Shown here: positions 10,255 through 17,442 of the stretch, piece after piece | Numbering within the stretch: position 1 is the first letter of the stretch | How the letters are laid out: each line of letters begins with the position of its first letter | Assembly: GCA_001790095.1 (NCBI GenBank) | Contig: MGBH01000001.1 | Location: forward strand, 750,001-782,000 | Length of the DNA: 32,000 bases | From: Candidatus Saccharimonadota bacterium | GTDB taxonomy: Bacteria; Patescibacteriota; Microgenomatia; UBA1406; GWC2-37-13 | Direction of reading: 5' to 3' | Notes under the pieces: model-generated | Database searches by the model: none | Told to the model about the DNA's origin: nothing | The model's input: only the letters and a program-made list of their open reading frames with translations | Made by a program: the position numbers and the translations under genes

Positions 10255-11127
10255 TCAGAATCGGCGCGTAACAAAACATATATATGCTCTCGGAAACCGT
10301 AATGCTGAGAAAAATGAAAAGACTATTCCCTGCCAGCCATCAAGAATACCTTTATGTCTGAATGTTGTCATAAGAAACCACATAACAGGTTTTATTATCA
10401 TCCAGTCTATGAATTGTATCAGTTGTGAGATTTGAGTTGTAGATTTGAGATTTGATCTTTGAGATTTGAGTTCATCAGTCAGACGATCAACATATCTACT
10501 ATTTCTCTCTAAATAACGCTTGAAGTTAGGCGAATCAATATGTTTAAGTGAGTTCTGCAACCAACCCGTTCTTCCCTCGACCTCCATTATTTCATGCACG
10601 TCTTTGCAAGGCAAATGCGCCTTACCTCTTTTAAACAAACGAATAACTCCATCAGGGTAAACTCCTCCGTAACGTAAGTATTTGCCAAGAAAAAAGTTAA
10701 GACGGGGGATAAAAAAGGCGTTATATACGCCACTACCAGCAGAATCTGGAGTAACTAATTTTTGATGTCTCATAAATAATTCTCTGTTTGGTAACTTCTT
10801 TTGATATTCTTCAAGCTCTTGATTATTCATAGTAATGACTTTTTCAATCTCCTTCGCTAACTCCGGAGTCACCCGTTCATCAGCATCAAGCTGCAGAACC
10901 CAATCACCCCTTGTTTCATCTATGGCCTTTTGTTTATTGATATGAAACATCTTGGGATTGGAAGCGATGATGACTTTTGCGCCCAATGATTTTGCTGTAT
11001 CAGCAGTTTTATCGGTTGATGTACCGTCTACCACTACAATCTCATCGACCAATCCCCTACAGGACTCTATGCAGGCCTTTATATTCTCTTCTTCATTGTA
11101 TGTGGCAAGAGCTAGGGATATTGTCAT
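10255..11127 (-). CDS. family 2 glycosyltransferase
   Basis: N-terminus ISLALATYNEEENIKACIES...VVVDGTSTDKT and LQLDADE (DxD-type) are typical of GT2. Confidence 0.85.
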   Translation of the reverse strand: MTISLALATYNEEENIKACIESCRGLVDEIVVVDGTSTDKTADTAKSLGAKVIIASNPKMFHINKQKAIDETRGDWVLQLDADERVTPELAKEIEKVITMNNQELEEYQKKLPNRELFMRHQKLVTPDSAGSGVYNAFFIPRLNFFLGKYLRYGGVYPDGVIRLFKRGKAHLPCKDVHEIMEVEGRTGWLQNSLKHIDSPNFKRYLERNSRYVDRLTDELKSQRSNLKSTTQISQLIQFIDWMIIKPVMWFLMTTFRHKGILDGWQGIVFSFFSALRFPRAYICFVTRRF

Positions 11128-11169
11128 ATGAGTTTTGAGATTTGAGATATTTCATTATATAATATCCAC

Positions 11170-11700
11170 ATGCTCAAAATCGTTCTAGTGCCTCACAAAG
11201 TACTTACCTCACCCACCCGTCCTGTTAAAAAAATTGATGAAAAAATCCGCCGGCTTGTTTATGACATGGAAGAAACGCTCATCTCCCAAGTCGAACCTCA
11301 AGGAGTTGGACTTGCCGCTACACAGATCGGCCTTGGTTTAAGCCTTTTTATCATGAAGCCATCTCCGAAATCTGAGACTGAGGTTTGTATCAATCCAAAG
11401 ATACTAAAAGTAGAAAGTAAACCGCATCACAAAGATGATATGGTAGAAGATAAGAAGCTAGAAGGCTGTCTGTCCATCCCCCGCATCTGGGGACCAGTCA
11501 GTCGAGCTCGCCGGGTACTACTACGATACCAAGACCTAACAGGTGCGACCATTGAAAAATGGTTCACTGGATTCAAAGCAACGATAGTCCAGCATGAGAT
11601 GGATCATCTGTCAGGCATCTTATTCACTCAAAGATCGCTTGAACAAAAAACTCCGCTTTATGAGGAAAAAGACGGCGAGCTTGAGAAAATGAAGTACTAA
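11170..11700 (+). CDS. def: peptide deformylase
   Basis: All three PDF motifs are present: GVGLAATQIG, EGCLSIP and HEMDHL. Confidence 0.93.
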   Translation: MLKIVLVPHKVLTSPTRPVKKIDEKIRRLVYDMEETLISQVEPQGVGLAATQIGLGLSLFIMKPSPKSETEVCINPKILKVESKPHHKDDMVEDKKLEGCLSIPRIWGPVSRARRVLLRYQDLTGATIEKWFTGFKATIVQHEMDHLSGILFTQRSLEQKTPLYEEKDGELEKMKY

Positions 11701-11725
11701 TCGTTTAGATTGTCACAAAGACCTT

Positions 11726-11744
11726 GTACACTTCCGAAGTGTAC
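11726..11744 (+). repeat. REP-like palindromic hairpin, copy 1 (GTACACTTCCGAAGTGTAC)
   Basis: Exact 19-mer, also at 16343 and 28692 and as its reverse complement at 29568. Lies between the convergent def and rpmB genes. Confidence 0.85.
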
Positions 11745-11821
11745 TGGATTGCTACAACGGCTTAAAACACATATAAAACAAATTGTTCATAGAAATTAAG
11801 AATTTAGTTATTGTTAAGAAG

Positions 11822-12169
11822 TTATTTTTCTGTAATTTTGCTCTTTTTTGAAGATTTTTTCTTTTCTTTTTTTACCTCTTGTGTCTTAACAAGCGCAGGT
11901 TTATTTTTTACTTCATTTGCTACTAAGACTACAAATGGACTTTTACCATCGCGTACATCTTTCTTTATGCGTTTTAAACATTTTGTGCAAAGTTTAACCC
12001 TCTTCTCTTTTCCTTTTTCCATGATATAGGCCACTTGAAGGTTGGGAAAAAATACACGCTGCTTTTTGGGAGCACGCTTTTTCCAGCGTCCACCAGCCAC
12101 ACCTCTATGATGAGTGTGTGTACGCCCCATAAGTACTCCTTTACCGCAGTGATAACAAACCATAATCAT
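11822..12169 (-). CDS. rpmB: 50S ribosomal protein L28 with a Lys-rich C-terminal extension
   Basis: The pattern C..CGKG..MGR..TH...R..FPNLQ....G...V.LC..CLK resembles bacterial L28. The lysine-rich tail is extra. Confidence 0.7.
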   Translation of the reverse strand: MIMVCYHCGKGVLMGRTHTHHRGVAGGRWKKRAPKKQRVFFPNLQVAYIMEKGKEKRVKLCTKCLKRIKKDVRDGKSPFVVLVANEVKNKPALVKTQEVKKEKKKSSKKSKITEK

Positions 12170-12266
12170 TAAACGTGAAACAAATAATATAAAGCGTCAA
12201 TCATTAAGCTTCAGATACAAGAATTTATGATATCATAGAACGTATATAAATGCAAGAATATATAAA

Positions 12267-12923
12267 ATGTTAAATTCACTTTTTTCCAATCCGATTTATT
12301 TCATCATTTATCTCATTTCTCTTTTAATAGCCCTCACCATACATGAATGTTCACATGCCTGGGTCGCAGATCGTCTCGGTGATCCGACCGCAAGGCTTCA
12401 GGGCAGGATCTCTCTCAATCCTCTTGTGCATCTTGATCTGTATGGAGCTCTTTTTCTTCTCTTTTTTGGGTTCGGTTGGGGCAAACCCGTACAAACTGAT
12501 CCCTTTAATCTGAAAAATCCCCGTAAAGATGGCGCACTCATCTCACTTGCCGGTCCGGCGTCTAATATGATTTTAGCTATATTACTGTCTATCATACTAA
12601 GATTGTTCATATTGTTTCATCTTACGCAATTATCTATTATAGGATCATTTCTTCTCTCTCCTCTTATCATTATGAATGTAACTTTGGGATTATTTAATCT
12701 TATCCCCATCCATCCCCTTGATGGGTTTGCTATCGTTTCTGGACTTCTCTCAAGGGAAAAAGCTCATGAGTGGGAAGGCTTACGCAGATATGGCATGATT
12801 TTTTTACTTCTTCTTATCATCCCCCTTGGAAACAGTTCTATGCTTGATAGTGTCTTTCGACCAATCGCAGGTTTTCTATTACAGCTGCTTATACCAACTG
12901 TAGGCTCAGCAGGAATAGTATGA
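12267..12923 (+). CDS. site-2 protease family (peptidase M50) membrane metalloprotease
   Basis: HECSHAW (HExxH) in the first TM region and NLIPIHPLDG (NxxPxxxLDG). Polytopic and hydrophobic. Confidence 0.85.
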   Translation: MLNSLFSNPIYFIIYLISLLIALTIHECSHAWVADRLGDPTARLQGRISLNPLVHLDLYGALFLLFFGFGWGKPVQTDPFNLKNPRKDGALISLAGPASNMILAILLSIILRLFILFHLTQLSIIGSFLLSPLIIMNVTLGLFNLIPIHPLDGFAIVSGLLSREKAHEWEGLRRYGMIFLLLLIIPLGNSSMLDSVFRPIAGFLLQLLIPTVGSAGIV

Positions 12924-12943
12924 TATAATCAAAATTTGTCCGC

Positions 12944-13015
12944 GCCTTGATAGTTTAGTGGTAAAACAAGCCCTTGGTAAGGGCTAGAGTGTGGGTCCGA
13001 TTCCCACTCAAGGCT
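12944..13015 (+). tRNA. tRNA-Thr (anticodon GGU)
   Basis: Hand-folded cloverleaf. Acceptor GCCTTGA/TCAAGGC, D stem GTTT/AAAC, anticodon stem AGCCC/GGGCT with loop TTGGTAA, T stem GTGGG/CCCAC. No encoded CCA. Confidence 0.85.
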
Positions 13016-13583
13016 CAAGTTCTAGTATGCTTGCCATATGATAACTCACAATAGCAGCCGAAACGATCACATTTAGGCTTCGATTGATCCCCCACATAGG
13101 TATCTCAGCTATATGATCGGCTAAGGCCAAGGTTTCTTTCGTTATACCTGAGGTTTCGTTACCGACCATCAAAGCAACTGGGAAATGGTAACTGATCTGC
13201 GTATAGGGAAGAGAGTGAGAATCTTGCTCAATAGCAATAATTTGAATTTTGTTATTTGGATTTTGTTTGGAATTTGGATTTTGAAATTTGGATCTTAAAT
13301 CTGCAACAGCCTCATGGGCTGTTTTTTTATACTCCCACGGTACCACTTTGTAGGTCCCGATTGAAGCCTTTTTAATCTTGGCATTTGGTGGGATTTCCAT
13401 CTCTCCACAAAGATACATCTTTGTAACTCCTATGGCATCTGCAAGTCGGAAAAGCCCTCCCACATTATAAGTATCATAAACGTTTTCAAGAATAAAGTAG
13501 ATAGGGTGTCGTTTGAGGCTAGCAGCCCGCTTTTTAGCTTCATCATCGTCGACCAAACGAAGTTCTTGAGCGTTTAATTTCAT
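13008..13583 (-). CDS. SpoU/TrmH-family RNA 2'-O-methyltransferase
   Basis: NVGGLFRLADAIGV, GNETSGI and IPMWGINRSLNVIVSAAI are SPOUT motifs. Start moved to ATG 13583 (MKLNAQEL), which has TATAAT (reverse complement of 13590-13595) 6 nt upstream. Confidence 0.85.
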   Translation of the reverse strand: MKLNAQELRLVDDDEAKKRAASLKRHPIYFILENVYDTYNVGGLFRLADAIGVTKMYLCGEMEIPPNAKIKKASIGTYKVVPWEYKKTAHEAVADLRSKFQNPNSKQNPNNKIQIIAIEQDSHSLPYTQISYHFPVALMVGNETSGITKETLALADHIAEIPMWGINRSLNVIVSAAIVSYHMASILELEP

Positions 13584-13708
13584 ATTGTTATTATAACCCA
13601 AATTACAAATTTTCAATTCGCAATTTTCAATCAATATTAATTGATCATTGATTCAATGAAAATTCATTGAAAACTGAAACTTGTAAATTGAAGATTATAA
13701 TCCTATAG

Positions 13709-13737
13709 TTGACAAATCAAAAGTCTTATAGTATAAT
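13709..13737 (+). promoter_or_regulatory. consensus sigma70-type promoter (TTGACA-17 nt-TATAAT)
   Basis: TTGACA at 13709-13714 and TATAAT at 13732-13737. ATG 13745 lies 7 nt downstream of the -10 box. Confidence 0.7.
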
Positions 13738-13744
13738 ACCAATT

Positions 13745-14425
13745 ATGAAAACCAACAAACTTTTATTCTCTGTTTTTCTATCAACTACCATCTACTTGCT
13801 ACTTACCACAGGCGCTCTTGCCGATTACGGACAATATGGCCAATATAGTAGCGAACCTGCTCCTTCTGCCTCAATCCTTATTGACAAGACAGTCGGAAAA
13901 CCAGACGGCACTGTCACTAAGGGAGGAGTAATCAATATACAGTATGTAGATAATCTTTCACCCTCTGATGTCAGGTTTCGCCCGGGTGAACAGGTGATGT
14001 TTAAACTGAGAGTTAAAAACACCTCAAATGTTACGCTTAATAATGTTATGGTCAATGACATCGTCCCCTCATATGTAGAACCTATTGAAGGACCGGGGAT
14101 GTTTGATGCGGTTACTCGAGTAATCTCTTTCAACGCCGGTTCGTTTGCACCTGATGAAGAAAAGACATTTACAATAAAGATGCAGTTATATGGTCAGGAC
14201 AAGCTTCCCACAGATAAAGGACTCTTTTGCTTGATCAATAAATCCCGAGCTTATAATGAACTAGCCTCTGATGAAGATACCGCACAGTTTTGCGTAGAAA
14301 AAGAAGTGATCGGAGTTGTTTCTACTCCAAAGGCAGGACCTGAGATGGGTACCTTGCTTCTTGGAGCTCAGGCTATGCTTGTTGGACTCGGATTTAGCCT
14401 CAAAAAGATAACAAAACGAACATAA
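13745..14425 (+). CDS. secreted surface protein with a DUF11-like repeat domain and a C-terminal anchor-type signal
   Basis: Signal/TM segment KLLFSVFLSTTIYLLLTTGALA. FKLRVKNTSNVTLNNVMVNDIVP resembles the DUF11 fold signature. The C-terminus is TPKAGPE, then a hydrophobic stretch, then KKITKRT. The track start (TTG 13709) is the -35 box itself, so I use ATG 13745. Confidence 0.7.
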   Translation: MKTNKLLFSVFLSTTIYLLLTTGALADYGQYGQYSSEPAPSASILIDKTVGKPDGTVTKGGVINIQYVDNLSPSDVRFRPGEQVMFKLRVKNTSNVTLNNVMVNDIVPSYVEPIEGPGMFDAVTRVISFNAGSFAPDEEKTFTIKMQLYGQDKLPTDKGLFCLINKSRAYNELASDEDTAQFCVEKEVIGVVSTPKAGPEMGTLLLGAQAMLVGLGFSLKKITKRT

Positions 14426-14441
14426 TTTGACAAAAATCATG

Positions 14442-14472
14442 AAAAAAACCGGGCTTAAAAACCCGGTTTTTT
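14442..14472 (+). terminator. intrinsic terminator
   Basis: A-tract, CCGGG (14449-14453), 8-nt loop, CCCGG (14462-14466), then TTTTTT (14467-14472). Lies immediately after the stop at 14425. Confidence 0.75.
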
Positions 14473-14486
14473 GTTATAATGGATAT

Positions 14487-15248
14487 ATGAAAGCTCCCAA
14501 AGAAAAGGAAATCAAACAAGATTTACCCAAACCACTGGAACCTGTCATGAAAGAAGCAGAACACATTATAAAGAACTCCATTGAAAGTATACATAAACGT
14601 CTTAATAACCCCGTTGAAAAAGCAGTTGATGCTGCTGGCAATCTCACTACAGGTGCACAACTAAAACAATTGCTAAAGGAAGCTGGCAAGGAACAGGCAA
14701 AGATTGCTTTAAACAGCATTGAAAACCTCGTACTTGGAGGCATTGCGCTTGTTCCGGTACTAGGCCAGGTCGAAGGTGGCGCTGTAGCAAGTGCTGAGCT
14801 TACTGAAGCTGCCATATTGGAAGGGGCTACTCTTGCACAGGCACAAGCTCTTGCAAAAGGTGCAGTTGTAACTGGAGCCGGAGAAGTAGTATATCCCCTC
14901 ACTCGCATCATCGGAGCTGAAGGAGCAAAACGAGTCACCAAAGTACTTAAAACCCTTGATCCTTTTCCTGATGTGCCAACTATTGCAGTCTTAGGTGCAG
15001 GAGCTGCAGAACTCATGGGTGTACATGGTGCAGCAGCCATACCCTCAGCCGTACAAATACTTATCAATGAATATAAATCTATGCGAAATCTTGTAGGCAC
15101 AGGAAGAAAAGCTGGCGACATTGTACTCAAAAGTCCTGAGATGGAACGAGTAAAAGATTTTGGCTCAAACGTAGTTACATCCATTACCAATCGTCTTAAA
15201 GTAGCCTCAAGCCCTCAGATGGCTCAGGCTGCGGCAAGATTTGCATAA
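14487..15248 (+). CDS. hypothetical Ala/Gly-rich protein
   Basis: In-frame ATG 14487 lies downstream of the terminator and 6 nt after TATAAT (14475-14480). The track's longer ORF would read through the terminator. Confidence 0.6.
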   Translation: MKAPKEKEIKQDLPKPLEPVMKEAEHIIKNSIESIHKRLNNPVEKAVDAAGNLTTGAQLKQLLKEAGKEQAKIALNSIENLVLGGIALVPVLGQVEGGAVASAELTEAAILEGATLAQAQALAKGAVVTGAGEVVYPLTRIIGAEGAKRVTKVLKTLDPFPDVPTIAVLGAGAAELMGVHGAAAIPSAVQILINEYKSMRNLVGTGRKAGDIVLKSPEMERVKDFGSNVVTSITNRLKVASSPQMAQAAARFA

Positions 15249-15249
15249 T

Positions 15250-15474
15250 ATGAATAAAAAAATAGCCCTTATTACCCTTCTCCAGAATAGCCTTATGATC
15301 CCGGATAAAGCAAAGCTCAAGATCATCGCAAAGCTGCGTAAGCTCCCCGACTCCCAGATAGACGCACTTGGAAAACTTTTAGCTCAGGAGCGCAAGTATA
15401 TGATCACCCATAAAGATACGATAATCAAACAAACAAAGTTGCTTTTAGATACTCTTGCGTTAGCCACAAAATAA
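15250..15474 (+). CDS. hypothetical small protein (74 aa)
   Basis: ATG starts 2 nt after the previous stop (operon-like). Predicted helical. Confidence 0.5.
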   Translation: MNKKIALITLLQNSLMIPDKAKLKIIAKLRKLPDSQIDALGKLLAQERKYMITHKDTIIKQTKLLLDTLALATK

Positions 15475-15482
15475 AGATTATC

Positions 15483-16307
15483 ATGTCCATCAAACCTTCA
15501 GAAGAAGTAATAAACAGTCTCCTTTCCGAGGCTGAAAAAGAAATAACCAAAGAAGAGAATATGACTATACAGACAGATAATGCAATTGTACGTGAAATTG
15601 AGATAATTGAAGGCAACAAGACAGATACTGAACTTCTTATCCAACGCGACATCCTTGAGGGCGAGATTGATCTTACCCGTAAAATGGAGGCTGAGCTTTG
15701 GAATGGAGCCCATATCATCTGTCTTCCTTTTTTTTACGAAACATACACCATACAGGCACAGATTGAACCTAAGTTACAGACAAAATACAATCAAGCCACC
15801 ATCGCCACCTGCAGCAGATTTAAAGCTTTAGGGAAAAATGGTCTTGCCATGATTACGCCCATCATTGATTTCATCCGGAATTATCGTGATTTTACTCCTA
15901 CCGATCGGAAAGAGCTTGATAGGGAGCTTTTAAACCGTGTCATCATGTGGTTAAAGCTAGATATCATGCCTGAATCTCGACCACGTCCCCTTTTGACCCA
16001 ATCCCTTGAAAAGGTGATAATCGATATTGAAGAAGCTGAAGCTGTGTTTGCACGTAGCCCATCTGAGGCTAGTTATATGGAGGGTGAGATACACCTTGCA
16101 GCTATAAAGGCCGTACGTAACTCAGCTTTCTTACCCTCACTTGTCAAGATCAGACTGTTGCAATCGTTAAAACAGCTTACTAGGGAAGAGATATCTGACA
16201 TAGGCACATTTCTTTTATGGGAGATACGCAAAAGCAGCCATCACCATAACATGCTTCTTTACACGATGCTTAAGATCTTCAAGAATCTCAGTTTTAGCCT
16301 CAAATAA
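15483..16307 (+). CDS. hypothetical protein (274 aa)
   Basis: Complete ORF, third in an apparent operon running 14487-16307. No recognisable motif. Confidence 0.6.
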   Translation: MSIKPSEEVINSLLSEAEKEITKEENMTIQTDNAIVREIEIIEGNKTDTELLIQRDILEGEIDLTRKMEAELWNGAHIICLPFFYETYTIQAQIEPKLQTKYNQATIATCSRFKALGKNGLAMITPIIDFIRNYRDFTPTDRKELDRELLNRVIMWLKLDIMPESRPRPLLTQSLEKVIIDIEEAEAVFARSPSEASYMEGEIHLAAIKAVRNSAFLPSLVKIRLLQSLKQLTREEISDIGTFLLWEIRKSSHHHNMLLYTMLKIFKNLSFSLK

Positions 16308-16342
16308 CCTCAAAAGAGGACTTAGATTGCTACATCGCTCTT

Positions 16343-16361
16343 GTACACTTCCGAAGTGTAC
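16343..16361 (+). repeat. REP-like palindromic hairpin, copy 2
   Basis: Exact GTACACTTCCGAAGTGTAC, 36 nt after the stop at 16307. Confidence 0.85.
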
Positions 16362-16503
16362 TTGGGCGATATAATAACCCAAACCTGTGGTAAAAGTTAT
16401 TCTCTTCCTAATACGAAACAAATTAACATAGAGTAATTCGAAGAGGGATAGTGTTTACAACATGTGGATAAGTATAGGTAGATTATCTATATGCAAACTA
16501 TAG

Positions 16504-16532
16504 TTGACAAATGGAATGTCATGTTGTATACT
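16504..16532 (+). promoter_or_regulatory. consensus sigma70-type promoter (TTGACA-17 nt-TATACT)
   Basis: TTGACA at 16504-16509 and TATACT at 16527-16532. The 15-mer CTATAGTTGACAAAT (16498-16512) is identical to 13703-13717. Confidence 0.6.
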
Positions 16533-16539
16533 ATAGGCT

Positions 16540-17442
16540 ATGATTATATTGCAATTAGGGTGCAGTATACAATCTGCACCGCATAACCCACAAAAAGCTT
16601 TCCACGTAAACGCTCTCCTTTTAAAAAAAATTACAGTTACATAACGCCATCTCCCTATCTTTAGGGAGGAAATGGCACCCTAATCACTGCCATTTCCTCC
16701 ATAGAGATACGAAGAGATATACGCACTTTTTAAATATGAGTGGGTCGCAATGAACCTTGGAAGGAGTGGATACATGTCCCCTGCTTCCTGGGCTCAAACC
16801 CCAGGTAGTATCCCCATGAGGGGGTGGAAATAGCTTTCACCCAATCCTCATCGTAGGATTAACCGTGATGAGGAGTCTCTTGGCCAATAGCTGGCTAAGG
16901 AATAAATAAGACTCACATCGCTCTTTGAAAATTTGGGTTTAGGAAAATTTACTTTTCACTTTGATCTATGTGGCACATTTGCTGTGTCTCTGGTATATCC
17001 GCCGTCGCATAAAGCTGTGGCGGACGAAGAAGGGTGAAAGGTGGGAATTCATCTCCTTTTTCTGTGAAAGATAATGTACTTGTCATGCTGAATTTATTTC
17101 AGCATCTGATTAGTCACTATCAAGTAAACAGAGATTGGCTTGCACCTTATATATAAATAGCATTATGTATAGAGTGCAAGTCAATCCGAGAAAGAAAGGA
17201 GAGAAGAAGAAAAAAAAGGAAAATGATGAGAACTTATAGGGAGTAGTTTTTACCCCTAGCCCGTAAAAGCGAGTCGCCATCCGGCACTCGTCTGAAATTT
17301 GCGAAGCCTTGTATGGGCTAAAGCAATGGGCAAACGAAAAAGCACAAAGTAGGAGGCTCTATGCCGACTGAAATATGCTTTGGAGAGAAAAACAGAATCT
17401 AAGAAAAGAACTAACAATCAACTCAAAAAGGAGTAAGAAACC
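16540..17442 (+). ncRNA. candidate large structured RNA or long structured leader (unclassified)
   Basis: No ORF of 60 aa or more on either strand between 16422 and 17442. Lies downstream of the consensus promoter. At least ten hand-found stem-loops, including two 13-bp stems. I cannot assign a family. Confidence 0.3.

Noticed and set aside
14474-15190. 238-aa antisense ORF opposite the Ala/Gly-rich gene.
   Set aside because: This is a mirror artefact of GCN-rich codons. The plus-strand frame has a promoter placed right after a terminator and continues into an operon.
13703-16512. Identical 15-mer CTATAGTTGACAAAT at two promoters (13703-17 and 16498-512), considered as evidence of promoter duplication.
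   Set aside because: One exact 15-mer match in 32 kb of AT-rich DNA is near chance expectation, and the sequences diverge immediately after it. I treat it as two good -35 regions, not as a repeat element.
17030-17398. Possible RNase P RNA: AAGGGTGAAAGGTGGG (17030-45) recalls the conserved GGGUGAAAGGGUG segment, and ACAGAAT (17392-98) recalls ACAGAA.
   Set aside because: There is no GGAAAGUCC-type P4 strand and no GGCUUA after ACAGAA. The spacing does not fit a type A or type B fold. I likewise saw no tmRNA T-arm, SRP GGAA motif or group II domain V.
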